Assembly (NCBI GenBank): GCA_964057225.1
Contig: OZ059897.1
Coordinates: 21,638,001-21,702,000 of the forward strand
Origin: Auanema rhodensis
Lineage: Eukaryota > Animalia > Nematoda
Length of the DNA: 64,000 nucleotides
Direction of reading: 5' to 3'
Shown: piece by piece, positions 1-12,875 of the stretch
Layout of the letters: each line of letters begins with the position of its first letter
How positions within the stretch are numbered: position 1 is the stretch's first letter
Position numbers and translations under genes: made by a program
Notes under the pieces: generated by a model
Database searches by the model: none
What the model saw: the letters and a program-made list of their open reading frames with translations, nothing else
Told to the model about the DNA's origin: nothing

Positions 1-29
1 ACGTGATGTGCACTTGGTATGTAACTCGC

Positions 30-39
30 TTCACGTGAA
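30..39. other. Perfect 10-bp palindrome TTCACGTGAA containing a CACGTG E-box/G-box core, repeated in most monomers
   Basis: Read directly at 30-39. A second CACGTG spans each monomer junction (e.g. 176-181), and a degenerate TTTACGTGAA sits at 141-150. Protein binding is not shown. Confidence 0.85.
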
Positions 40-117
40 AGATAAAGAGATGCGGTTTTCAAAATTAGATTCCCCATGTCCATATTAGTCTAAAAACAAA
101 TTTTTATTGATATTGGT

Positions 118-132
118 TCATGGTAACCATGA
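118..132. other. 15-bp interrupted palindrome TCATGGT-A-ACCATGA (contains GGTNACC), repeated per monomer
   Basis: TCATGGT (118-124) is the reverse complement of ACCATGA (126-132). The common G118 allele shortens each arm by 1 bp. Confidence 0.9.
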
Positions 133-3100
133 CTTTGAAATTTACGTGAACTTTAATTTATGCTAATTAAATGTACACGTGATGTGCACTTGGTATGTAA
201 CTCGCTTCACGTAAAAGATGAAGAGATGCGGTTTTCAAAATTAGATTCCCCATGTCCATATTAGTCTAAAAACAAATTTTTATTGATATTAGTGCATGGT
301 AACCATGACTTTGAAATTTACGTGAACTTTAATTTATGCTAATTAAATGTACACGTGATGTGCACTTGGTATGTAACTCGCTTCACGTGAAAGATAAAGA
401 GATGCGGTTTTCAAAATTAGATTCCCCATGTCCATATTAGTTTAAAAACAAATTTTTATTGATATTGGTTCATGGTAACCATGACTTTGAAATTTACGTG
501 AACTTTAATTTATGCTAATTAAATGTACACGTGATGTGCACTTGGTATGTAACTCGCTTCACGTGAAAGATAAAGAGATGCGGTTTTCAAAATTAGATTC
601 CCCATGTCCATATTAGTCTAAAAACAAATTTTTATTGATATTGGTGCATGGTAACCATGACTTTGAAATTTACGTGAACTTTAATTTATGCTAATTAAAT
701 GTACACGTGATGTGCACTTGGTATGGAACTCGCTTCACGTAAAAGATAAAGAGATGCGGTTTTCAAAAATAGATTCCCCATGTCCATATTAGTCTAAAAA
801 CAAATTTTTATTGATATTGGTTCATGGTAACCATGACTTTGAAATTTACGTGAACTTTAATTTATGCTAATTAAATGTACACGTGATGTGCACTTGGTAT
901 GTAACTCGCTTCACGTGAAAGATGAAGAGATGCGGTTTTCAAAATTAGATTCCCCATGTCCATATTAGTCTAAAAACAAATTTTTATTGATATTGGTGCA
1001 TGGTAACCATGACTTTGAAATTTACGTGAACTTTAATTTATGCTAATTAAATGTACACGTGATGTGCACTTGGTATGTAACTCGCTTCACGTGAAAGATA
1101 AAGAGATGCGGTTTTCAAAATTAGATTCCCCATGTCCATATTAGTCTAAAAACAAATTTTTATCGATATTGGTTCATGGTAACCATGACTTTGAAATTTA
1201 CGTGAACTTTAATTTATGCTAATTAAATGTACACGTGATGTGCACTTGGTATGTAACTCGCTTCACGTGAAAGATAAAGAGATGCGGTTTTCAAAATTAG
1301 ATTCCCCATGTCCATATTAGTCTAAAAACAAATTTTTATTGATATTGGTTCATGGTAACCATGACTTTGAAATTTACGTGAACTTTAATTTATGCTAATT
1401 AAATGTACACGTGATGTGCACTTGGTATGTAACTCGCTTCACGTGAAAGATGAAGAGATGCGGTTTTCAAAATTAGATTCCCCATGTCCATATTAGTCTA
1501 AAAACAAATTTTTATTGATATTGGTTCATGGTAACCATGACTTTGAAATTTACGTGAACTTTAATTTATGCTAATTAAATGTACACGTGATGTGCACTTG
1601 GTATGTAACTCGCTTCACGTGAAAGATAAAGAGATGCGGTTTTCAAAATTAGATTCCCCATGTCCATATTAGTTTAAAAACAAATTTTTATTGATATTGG
1701 TTCATGGTAACCATGACTTTGAAATTTACGTGAACTTTAATTTATGCTAATTAAATGTACACGTGATGTGCACTTGGTATGTAACTCGCTTCACGTGAAA
1801 GATAAAGAGATGCGGTTTTTAAAATTAGATTCCCCATGTCCATATTAGTCTAAAAACAAATTTTTATTGATATTGGTGCATGGTAACCATGACTTTGAAA
1901 TTTACGTGAACTTAAATTTATGCTAATTAAATGTACACGTGATGTGCACTTGGTATGTAACTCGCTTCACGTGAAAGATAAAGAGATGCGGTTTTCAAAA
2001 TTAGATTCCCCATGTCCATATTAGTCTAAAAACAAATTTTTATTGATATTGGTTCATGGTAACCATGACTTTGAAATTTACGTGAACTTTAATTTATGCT
2101 AATTAAATGTACACGTGATGTGCACTTGGTATGTAACTCGCTTCACGTGAAAGATAAAGAGATTCGGTTTTCAAAATTAGATTCCCCATGTCCATATTAG
2201 TCTAAAAACAAATTTTTATTGATATTGGTGCATGGTAACCATGACTTTGAAATTTACGTGAACTTAAATTTATGCTAATTAAATGTACACGTGATGTGCA
2301 CTTGGTATGTAACTCGCTTCACGTGAAAGATGAAGAGATGCGGTTTTCAAAATTAGATTCCCCATGTCCATATTAGTCTAAAAACAAATTTTTATTGATA
2401 TTGGTTCATGGTAACCATGACTTTGAAATTTACGTGAACTTTAATTTATGCTAATTAAATGTACACGTGATGTGCACTTGGTATGTAACTCGCTTCACGT
2501 GAAAGATGAAGAGATGCGGTTTTCAAAATTAGATTCCCCATGTCCATATTAGTTTAAAAACAAATTTTTATTGATATTGGTTCATGGTAACCATGACTTT
2601 GAAATTTACGTGAACTTTAATTTATGCTAATTAAATGTACACGTGATGTGCACTTGGTATGTAACTCGCTTCACGTGAAAGATAAAGAGATGCGGTTTTT
2701 AAAATTAGATTCCCCATGTCCATATTAGTCTAAAAACAAATTTTTATTGATATTGGTGCATGGTAACCATGACTTTGAAATTTACGTGAACTTTAATTTA
2801 TGCTAATTAAATGTACACGTGATGTGCACTTGGTATGTAACTCGCTTCACGTGAAAGATAAAGAGATGCGGTTTTCAAAATTATATTCCCCATGTCCATA
2901 TTAGTCTAAAAACAAATTTTTATTGATATTGGTGCATGGTAACCATGACTTTGAAATTTACGTGAACTTTAATTTGTGCTAATTAAATGTACACGTGATG
3001 TGCACTTGGTATGTAACTCGCTTCACGTGAAAGATAAAGAGATTCGGTTTTCAAAATTAGATTCCCCATGTCCATATTAGTCTAAAAACAAATTTTTATT

Positions 3101-6100
3101 GATATTGGTGCATGGTAACCATGACTTTGAAATTTACGTGAACTTAAATTTATGCTAATTAAATGTACACGTGATGTGCACTTGGTATGTAACTCGCTTC
3201 ACGTGAAAGATAAAAAGATGCGGTTTTCAAAATTAGATTCCCCATGTCCATATTAGTCTAAAAACAAATTTTTATCGATATTGGTTCATGGTAACCATGA
3301 CTTTGAAATTTACGTGAACTTTAATTTATGCTAATTAAATGTACACGTGATGTGCACTTGGTATGTAACTCGCTTCACGTGAAAGATAAAGAGATGCGGT
3401 TTTCAAAATTAGATTCCCCATGTCCATATTAGTCTAAAAACAAATTTTTATCGATATTGGTTCATGGTAACCATGACTTTGAAATTTACGTGAACTTTAA
3501 TTTATGCTAATTAAATGTACACGTGATGTGCACTTGGTATCTAACTCGCTTCACGTGAAAGATAAAGAGATGCGGTTTTCAAAATTATATTCCCCATGTC
3601 CATATTAGTCTAAAAACAAATTTTTATTGATATTGGTGCATGGTAACCATGACTTTGAAATTTACGTGAACTTTAATTTGTGCTAATTAAATGTACACGT
3701 GATGTGCACTTGGTATGTAACTCGCTTCACGTGAAAGATAAAGAGATGCGGTTTTCAAAATTAGATTCCCCATGTCCATATTAGTCTAAAAACAAATTTT
3801 TATTGATATTGGTGCATGGTAACCATGACTTTGAAATTTACGTGAACTTTAATTTATGCTAATTAAATGTACACGTGATGTGCACTTGGTATGTAACTCG
3901 CTTCACGTAAAAGATAAAGAGATGCGGTTTTCAAAATTAGATTCCCCATGTCCATATTAGTCTAAAAACAAATTTTTATCGATATTGGTTCATGGTAACC
4001 ATGACTTTGAAATTTACGTGAACTTTAATTTATGCTAATTAAATGTACACGTGATGTGCACTTGGTATCTAACTCGCTTCACGTGAAAGATAAAGAGATG
4101 CGGTTTTCAAAATTATATTCCCCATGTCCATATTAGTCTAAAAACAAATTTTTATTGATATTGGTGCATGGTAACCATGACTTTGAAATTTACGTGAACT
4201 TAAATTTATGCTAATTAAATGTACACGTGATGTGCACTTGGTATGTAACTCGCTTCACGTGAAAGATAAAGAGATGCGGTTTTCAAAATTAGATTCCCCA
4301 TGTCCATATTAGTCTAAAAACAAATTTTTATCGATATTGGTTCATGGTAACCATGACTTTGAAATTTACGTGAACTTTAATTTATGCTAATTAAATGTAC
4401 ACGTGATGTGCACTTGGTATGTAACTCGCTTCACGTGAAAGATAAAGAGATGCGGTTTTCAAAATTAGATTCCCCATGTCCATATTAGTCTAAAAACAAA
4501 TTTTTATCGATATTGGTTCATGGTAACCATGACTTTGAAATTTACGTGAACTTTAATTTATGCTAATTAAATGTACACGTGATGTGCACTTGGTATCTAA
4601 CTCGCTTCACGTGAAAGATAAAGAGATGCGGTTTTCAAAATTAGATTCCCCATGTCCATATTAGTCTAAAAACAAATTTTTATTGATATTGGTGCATGGT
4701 AACCATGACTTTGAAATTTACGTGAACTTTAATTTATGCTAATTAAATGTACACGTGATGTGCACTTGGTATGTAACTCGCTTCACGTAAAAGATAAAGA
4801 GATGCGGTTTTCAAAATTAGATTCCCCATGTCCATATTAGTCTAAAAACAAATTTTTATCGATATTGGTTCATGGTAACCATGACTTTGAAATTTACGTG
4901 AACTTTAATTTATGCTAATTAAATGTACACGTGATGTGCACTTGGTATCTAACTCGCTTCACGTGAAAGATAAAGAGATGCGGTTTTCAAAATTATATTC
5001 CCCATGTCCATATTAGTCTAAAAACAAATTTTTATTGATATTGGTGCATGGTAACCATGACTTTGAAATTTACGTGAACTTTAATTTGTGCTAATTAAAT
5101 GTACACGTGATGTGCACTTGGTATGTAACTCGCTTCACGTGAAAGATAAAGAGATGCGGTTTTCAAAATTAGATTCCCCATGTCCATATTAGTCTAAAAA
5201 CAAATTTTTATCGATATTGGTTCATGGTAACCATGACTTTGAAATTTACGTGAACTTTAATTTATGCTAATTAAATGTACACGTGATGTGCACTTGGTAT
5301 GTAACTCGCTTCACGTGAAAGATAAAGAGATGCGGTTTTCAAAATTATATTCCCCATGTCCATATTAGTCTAAAAACAAATTTTTATTGATATTGGTGCA
5401 TGGTAACCATGACTTTGAAATTTACGTGAACTTTAATTTATGCTAATTAAATGTACACGTGATGTGCACTTGGTATGTAACTCGCTTCACGTGAAAGATA
5501 AAGAGATGCGGTTTTCAAAATTAGATTCCCCATGTCCATATTAGTCTAAAAACAAATTTTTATCGATATTGGTTCATGGTAACCATGACTTTGAAATTTA
5601 CGTGAACTTTAATTTATGCTAATTAAATGTACACGTGATGTGCACTTGGTATCTAACTCGCTTCACGTGAAAGATAAAGAGATGCGGTTTTCAAAATTAT
5701 ATTCCCCATGTCCATATTAGTCTAAAAACAAATTTTTATTGATATTGGTGCATGGTAACCATGACTTTGAAATTTACGTGAACTTTAATTTGTGCTAATT
5801 AAATGTACACGTGATGTGCACTTGGTATGTAACTCGCTTCACGTGAAAGATAAAGAGATGCGGTTTTCAAAATTAGATTCCCCATGTCCATATTAGTCTA
5901 AAAACAAATTTTTATTGATATTGGTGCATGGTAACCATGACTTTGAAATTTACGTGAACTTTAATTTATGCTAATTAAATGTACACGTGATGTGCACTTG
6001 GTATGTAACTCGCTTCACGTAAAAGATAAAGAGATGCGGTTTTCAAAATTAGATTCCCCATGTCCATATTAGTCTAAAAACAAATTTTTATCGATATTGG

Positions 6101-7744
6101 TTCATGGTAACCATGACTTTGAAATTTACGTGAACTTTAATTTATGCTAATTAAATGTACACGTGATGTGCACTTGGTATCTAACTCGCTTCACGTGAAA
6201 GATAAAGAGATGCGGTTTTCAAAATTATATTCCCCATGTCCATATTAGTCTAAAAACAAATTTTTATTGATATTGGTGCATGGTAACCATGACTTTGAAA
6301 TTTACGTGAACTTTAATTTATGCTAATTAAATGTACACGTGATGTGCACTTGGTATGTAACTCGCTTCACGTGAAAGATAAAGAGATGCGGTTTTCAAAA
6401 TTAGATTCCCCATGTCCATATTAGTCTAAAAACAAATTTTTATCGATATTGGTTCATGGTAACCATGACTTTGAAATTTACGTGAACTTTAATTTATGCT
6501 AATTAAATGTACACGTGATGTGCACTTGGTATCTAACTCGCTTCACGTGAAAGATAAAGAGATGCGGTTTTCAAAATTATATTCCCCATGTCCATATTAG
6601 TCTAAAAACAAATTTTTATTGATATTGGTGCATGGTAACCATGACTTTGAAATTTACGTGAACTTTAATTTGTGCTAATTAAATGTACACGTGATGTGCA
6701 CTTGGTATGTAACTCGCTTCACGTGAAAGATAAAGAGATGCGGTTTTCAAAATTAGATTCCCCATGTCCATATTAGTCTAAAAACAAATTTTTATTGATA
6801 TTGGTGCATGGTAACCATGACTTTGAAATTTACGTGAACTTTAATTTATGCTAATTAAATGTACACGTGATGTGCACTTGGTATGTAACTCGCTTCACGT
6901 AAAAGATAAAGAGATGCGGTTTTCAAAATTAGATTCCCCATGTCCATATTAGTCTAAAAACAAATTTTTATCGATATTGGTTCATGGTAACCATGACTTT
7001 GAAATTTACGTGAACTTTAATTTATGCTAATTAAATGTACACGTGATGTGCACTTGGTATCTAACTCGCTTCACGTGAAAGATAAAGAGATGCGGTTTTC
7101 AAAATTATATTCCCCATGTCCATATTAGTCTAAAAACAAATTTTTATTGATATTGGTGCATGGTAACCATGACTTTGAAATTTACGTGAACTTTAATTTG
7201 TGCTAATTAAATGTACACGTGATGTGCACTTGGTATGTAACTCGCTTCACGTGAAAGATAAAGAGATGCGGTTTTCAAAATTAGATTCCCCATGTCCATA
7301 TTAGTCTAAAAACAAATTTTTATTGATATTGGTGCATGGTAACCATGACTTTGAAATTTACGTGAACTTTAATTTATGCTAATTAAATGTACACGTGATG
7401 TGCACTTGGTATGTAACTCGCTTCACGTGAAAGATAAAGAGATGCGGTTTTCAAAATTAGATTCCCCATGTCCATATTAGTCTAAAAACAAATTTTTATT
7501 GATATTGGTTCATGGTAACCATGACTTTGAAATTTACGTGAACTTTAATTTATGCTAATTGAATTTACACGTGATGTGCACTTGGTATGTAACTCGCTTC
7601 ACGTGAAAGATAAAAAGATGTGGTTTTCAAAATTAGATTCCCCATGTCCATATTAGTCTAAAAACTAATTTTTATTGATATTGGTTCATGGTAACCATGA
7701 CTTTGAAATTTACGTGAACTTTAATTTATGCTAATTAAATGTAC

Positions 7745-7947
7745 ACGTGATGTGCACTTGGTATGTAACTCGCTTCACGTGAAACGTAAAAGATAAAGAG
7801 ATGCGGTTTTCAAAATTAGATTCCCCATGTCCATATTAGTCTAAAAACAAATTTTTATCGATATTGGTTCATGGTAACCATGACTTTGAAATTTACGTGA
7901 ACTTTAATTTATGTACGTGAACTTTAATTTGTGCTAATTAAATGTAC
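7745..7947 (+). repeat. Aberrant 203-bp monomer with a 7-bp and a 20-bp apparent tandem duplication
   Basis: ACGTGAA (7777-7783) is followed by ACGTAAA (7784-7790). TACGTGAACTTTAATTTATG (7894-7913) is followed by TACGTGAACTTTAATTTGTG (7914-7933). The array phase shifts by +27. Confidence 0.95.
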
Positions 7948-10900
7948 ACGTGATGTGCACTTGGTATGTAACTCGCTTCACGTGAAAGATAAAGAGATGC
8001 GGTTTTCAAAATTAGATTCCCCATGTCCATATTAGTCTAAAAACAAATTTTTATCGATATTGGTTCATGGTAACCATGACTTTGAAATTTACGTGAACTT
8101 TAATTTATGCTAATTAAATGTACACGTGATGTGCACTTGGTATGTAACTCGCTTCACGTGAAAGATAAAGAGATGCGGTTTTCAAAATTAGATTCCCCAT
8201 GTCCATATTAGTCTAAAAACAAATTTTTATCGATATTGGTTCATGGTAACCATGACTTTGAAATTTACGTGAACTTTAATTTATGCTAATTAAATGTACA
8301 CGTGATGTGCACTTGGTATCTAACTCGCTTCACGTGAAAGATAAAGAGATGCGGTTTTCAAAATTATATTCCCCATGTCCATATTAGTCTAAAAACAAAT
8401 TTTTATTGATATTGGTGCATGGTAACCATGACTTTGAAATTTACGTGAACTTTAATTTGTGCTAATTAAATGTACACGTGATGTGCACTTGGTATGTAAC
8501 TCGCTTCACGTGAAAGATAAAGAGATGCGGTTTTCAAAATTAGATTCCCCATGTCCATATTAGTCTAAAAACAAATTTTTATTGATATTGGTGCATGGTA
8601 ACCATGACTTTGAAATTTACGTGAACTTTAATTTATGCTAATTAAATGTACACGTGATGTGCACTTGGTATGTAACTCGCTTCACGTAAAAGATAAAGAG
8701 ATGCGGTTTTCAAAATTAGATTCCCCATGTCCATATTAGTCTAAAAACAAATTTTTATCGATATTGGTTCATGGTAACCATGACTTTGAAATTTACGTGA
8801 ACTTTAATTTATGCTAATTAAATGTACACGTGATGTGCACTTGGTATCTAACTCGCTTCACGTGAAAGATAAAGAGATGCGGTTTTCAAAATTATATTCC
8901 CCATGTCCATATTAGTCTAAAAACAAATTTTTATTGATATTGGTGCATGGTAACCATGACTTTGAAATTTACGTGAACTTTAATTTGTGCTAATTAAATG
9001 TACACGTGATGTGCACTTGGTATGTAACTCGCTTCACGTGAAAGATAAAGAGATGCGGTTTTCAAAATTAGATTCCCCATGTCCATATTAGTCTAAAAAC
9101 AAATTTTTATTGATATTGGTGCATGGTAACCATGACTTTGAAATTTACGTGAACTTTAATTTATGCTAATTAAATGTACACGTGATGTGCACTTGGTATG
9201 TAACTCGCTTCACGTGAAAGATAAAGAGATGCGGTTTTCAAAATTAGATTCCCCATGTCCATATTAGTCTAAAAACAAATTTTTATTGATATTGGTGCAT
9301 GGTAACCATGACTTTGAAATTTACGTGAACTTTAATTTGTGCTAATTAAATGTACACGTGATGTGCACTTGGTATGTAACTCGCTTCACGTGAAAGATAA
9401 AGAGATGCGGTTTTCAAAATTAGATTCCCCATGTCCATATTAGTCTAAAAACAAATTTTTATTGATATTGGTGCATGGTAACCATGACTTTGAAATTTAC
9501 GTGAACTTTAATTTATGCTAATTAAATGTACACGTGATGTGCACTTGGTATGTAACTCGCTTCACGTGAAAGATAAAGAGATGCGGTTTTCAAAATTAGA
9601 TTCCCCATGTCCATATTAGTCTAAAAACAAATTTTTATTGATATTGGTTCATGGTAACCATGACTTTGAAATTTACGTGAACTTTAATTTATGCTAATTG
9701 AATTTACACGTGATGTGCACTTGGTATGTAACTCGCTTCACGTGAAAGATAAAAAGATGTGGTTTTCAAAATTAGATTCCCCATGTCCATATTAGTCTAA
9801 AAACTAATTTTTATTGATATTGGTTCATGGTAACCATGACTTTGAAATTTACGTGAACTTTAATTTATGCTAATTAAATGTACACGTGATGTGCACTTGG
9901 TATGTAACTCGCTTCACGTGAAAGATAAAGAGATGCGGTTTTCAAAATTAGATTCCCCATGTCCATATTAGTCTAAAAACAAATTTTTATTGATATTGGT
10001 GCATGGTAACCATGACTTTGAAATTTACGTGAACTTTAATTTATGCTAATTAAATGTACACGTGATGTGCACTTGGTATGTAACTCGCTTCACGTGAAAG
10101 ATAAAGAGATGCGGTTTTCAAAATTAGATTAACCATGTCCATATTAGTCTAAAACCAAATTTTTATTGATATTGGTTCATGGTAACCATGACTTTGAAAT
10201 TTACGTGAACTTTAATTTATGCTAATTAAATGTACACGTGATGTGCACTTGGTATGTAACTCGCTTCACGTGAAAGATGAAGAGATGCGGTTTTCAAAAT
10301 TAGATTCCCCATGTCCATATTAGTCTAAAAACAAATTTTTATTGATATTGGTTCATGGTAACCATGACTTTGAAATTTACGTGAACTTTAATTTATGCTA
10401 ATTAAATGTACACGTGATGTGCACTTGGTATGTAACTCGCTCCACGTGAAAGATAAAGAGATGCGGTTTTCAAAATTAGATTAACCATGTCCATATTAGT
10501 CTAAAACCAAATTTTTATTGATATTGGTTCATGGTAACCATGACTTTGAAATTTACGTGAACTTTAATTTATGCTAATTAAATGTACACGTGATGTGCAC
10601 TTGGTATGTAACTCGCTTCACGTGAAAGATGAAGAGATGCGGTTTTCAAAATTAGATTCCCCATGTCCATATTAGTCTAAAAACAAATTTTTATTGATAT
10701 TGGTGCATGGTAACCATGACTTTGAAATTTACGTGAACTTAAATTTATGCTAATTAAATGTACACGTGATGTGCACTTGGTATGTAACTCGCTTCACGTG
10801 AAAGATAAAGAGATGCGGTTTTCAAAATTAGATTCCCCATGTCCATATTAGTCTAAAAACAAATTTTTATCGATATTGGTTCATGGTAACCATGACTTTG

Positions 10901-11115
10901 AAATTTACGTGAACTTTAATTTATGCTAATTAAATGTACACGTGATGTGCACTTGGTATGTAACTCGCTTCACGTGAAAGATAAAGAGATGCGGTTTTCA
11001 AAATTAGATTCCCCATGTCCATATTAGTCTAAAAACAAATTTTTATCGATATTGGTTCATGGTAACCATGACTTTGAAATTTACGTGAACTTTAATTTAT
11101 GCTAATTAAATGTAC

Positions 11116-12875
11116 ACGTGATGTGCACTTGGTATCTAACTCGCTTCACGTGAAAGATAAAGAGATGCGGTTTTCAAAATTATATTCCCCATGTCCATAT
11201 TAGTCTAAAAACAAATTTTTATTGATATTGGTGCATGGTAACCATGACTTTGAAATTTACGTGAACTTTAATTTGTGCTAATTAAATGTACACGTGATGT
11301 GCACTTGGTATGTAACTCGCTTCACGTGAAAGATAAAGAGATGCGGTTTTCAAAATTAGATTCCCCATGTCCATATTAGTCTAAAAACAAATTTTTATTG
11401 ATATTGGTGCATGGTAACCATGACTTTGAAATTTACGTGAACTTTAATTTATGCTAATTAAATGTACACGTGATGTGCACTTGGTATGTAACTCGCTTCA
11501 CGTAAAAGATAAAGAGATGCGGTTTTCAAAATTAGATTCCCCATGTCCATATTAGTCTAAAAACAAATTTTTATCGATATTGGTTCATGGTAACCATGAC
11601 TTTGAAATTTACGTGAACTTTAATTTATGCTAATTAAATGTACACGTGATGTGCACTTGGTATCTAACTCGCTTCACGTGAAAGATAAAGAGATGCGGTT
11701 TTCAAAATTATATTCCCCATGTCCATATTAGTCTAAAAACAAATTTTTATTGATATTGGTGCATGGTAACCATGACTTTGAAATTTACGTGAACTTTAAT
11801 TTGTGCTAATTAAATGTACACGTGATGTGCACTTGGTATGTAACTCGCTTCACGTGAAAGATAAAGAGATGCGGTTTTCAAAATTAGATTCCCCATGTCC
11901 ATATTAGTCTAAAAACAAATTTTTATCGATATTGGTTCATGGTAACCATGACTTTGAAATTTACGTGAACTTTAATTTATGCTAATTAAATGTACACGTG
12001 ATGTGCACTTGGTATGTAACTCGCTTCACGTGAAAGATAAAGAGATGCGGTTTTCAAAATTAGATTCCCCATGTCCATATTAGTCTAAAAACAAATTTTT
12101 ATCGATATTGGTTCATGGTAACCATGACTTTGAAATTTACGTGAACTTTAATTTATGCTAATTAAATGTACACGTGATGTGCACTTGGTATCTAACTCGC
12201 TTCACGTGAAAGATAAAGAGATGCGGTTTTCAAAATTATATTCCCCATGTCCATATTAGTCTAAAAACAAATTTTTATTGATATTGGTGCATGGTAACCA
12301 TGACTTTGAAATTTACGTGAACTTTAATTTGTGCTAATTAAATGTACACGTGATGTGCACTTGGTATGTAACTCGCTTCACGTGAAAGATAAAGAGATGC
12401 GGTTTTCAAAATTAGATTCCCCATGTCCATATTAGTCTAAAAACAAATTTTTATTGATATTGGTGCATGGTAACCATGACTTTGAAATTTACGTGAACTT
12501 TAATTTATGCTAATTAAATGTACACGTGATGTGCACTTGGTATGTAACTCGCTTCACGTAAAAGATAAAGAGATGCGGTTTTCAAAATTAGATTCCCCAT
12601 GTCCATATTAGTCTAAAAACAAATTTTTATCGATATTGGTTCATGGTAACCATGACTTTGAAATTTACGTGAACTTTAATTTATGCTAATTAAATGTACA
12701 CGTGATGTGCACTTGGTATCTAACTCGCTTCACGTGAAAGATAAAGAGATGCGGTTTTCAAAATTATATTCCCCATGTCCATATTAGTCTAAAAACAAAT
12801 TTTTATTGATATTGGTGCATGGTAACCATGACTTTGAAATTTACGTGAACTTTAATTTGTGCTAATTAAATGTAC
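11116..12875 (+). repeat. Local 3-monomer (528 bp) / 6-monomer (1056 bp) higher-order repeat
   Basis: The variant monomer with TATCTAAC, TTATATTCC, GGTGCA and TTTGTGC starts at 11116, 11644, 12172 and 12700. The intervening monomer pairs alternate between two types. Confidence 0.85.

Larger units (their letters stand above)
1..176 (+). repeat. Representative consensus-type 176-bp monomer
   Basis: ACGTGATGTGCACTTGGTATGTAACTCGCTTCACGTGAAAGATAAAGAGATGCGGTTTTCAAAATTAGATTCCCCATGTCCATATTAGTCTAAAAACAAATTTTTATTGATATTGGTTCATGGTAACCATGACTTTGAAATTTACGTGAACTTTAATTTATGCTAATTAAATGTAC. Hand count gives 56/176 G+C. The main polymorphism is T/G at monomer position 118 (GGTTCA vs GGTGCA). Confidence 0.98.

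Noticed and set aside
1-176. Identity with known satellites of similar size (Brassica CentBr, Arabidopsis CEN178, honeybee AluI, alpha satellite)
   Set aside because: Only the length is similar. The consensus has no HindIII AAGCTT or AluI AGCT site and no sequence I recognise. A database search is needed.
30-176. Budding-yeast point centromere (CDEI-CDEII-CDEIII)
   Set aside because: TCACGTG resembles CDEI, but there is no CDEIII CCG motif or >90% AT CDEII, and point centromeres are not tandem arrays.
2161-2180. CENP-B box in GATTCGG variant monomers
   Set aside because: TTCG is present, but the required downstream A..CGGG of TTCG....A..CGGG is not.
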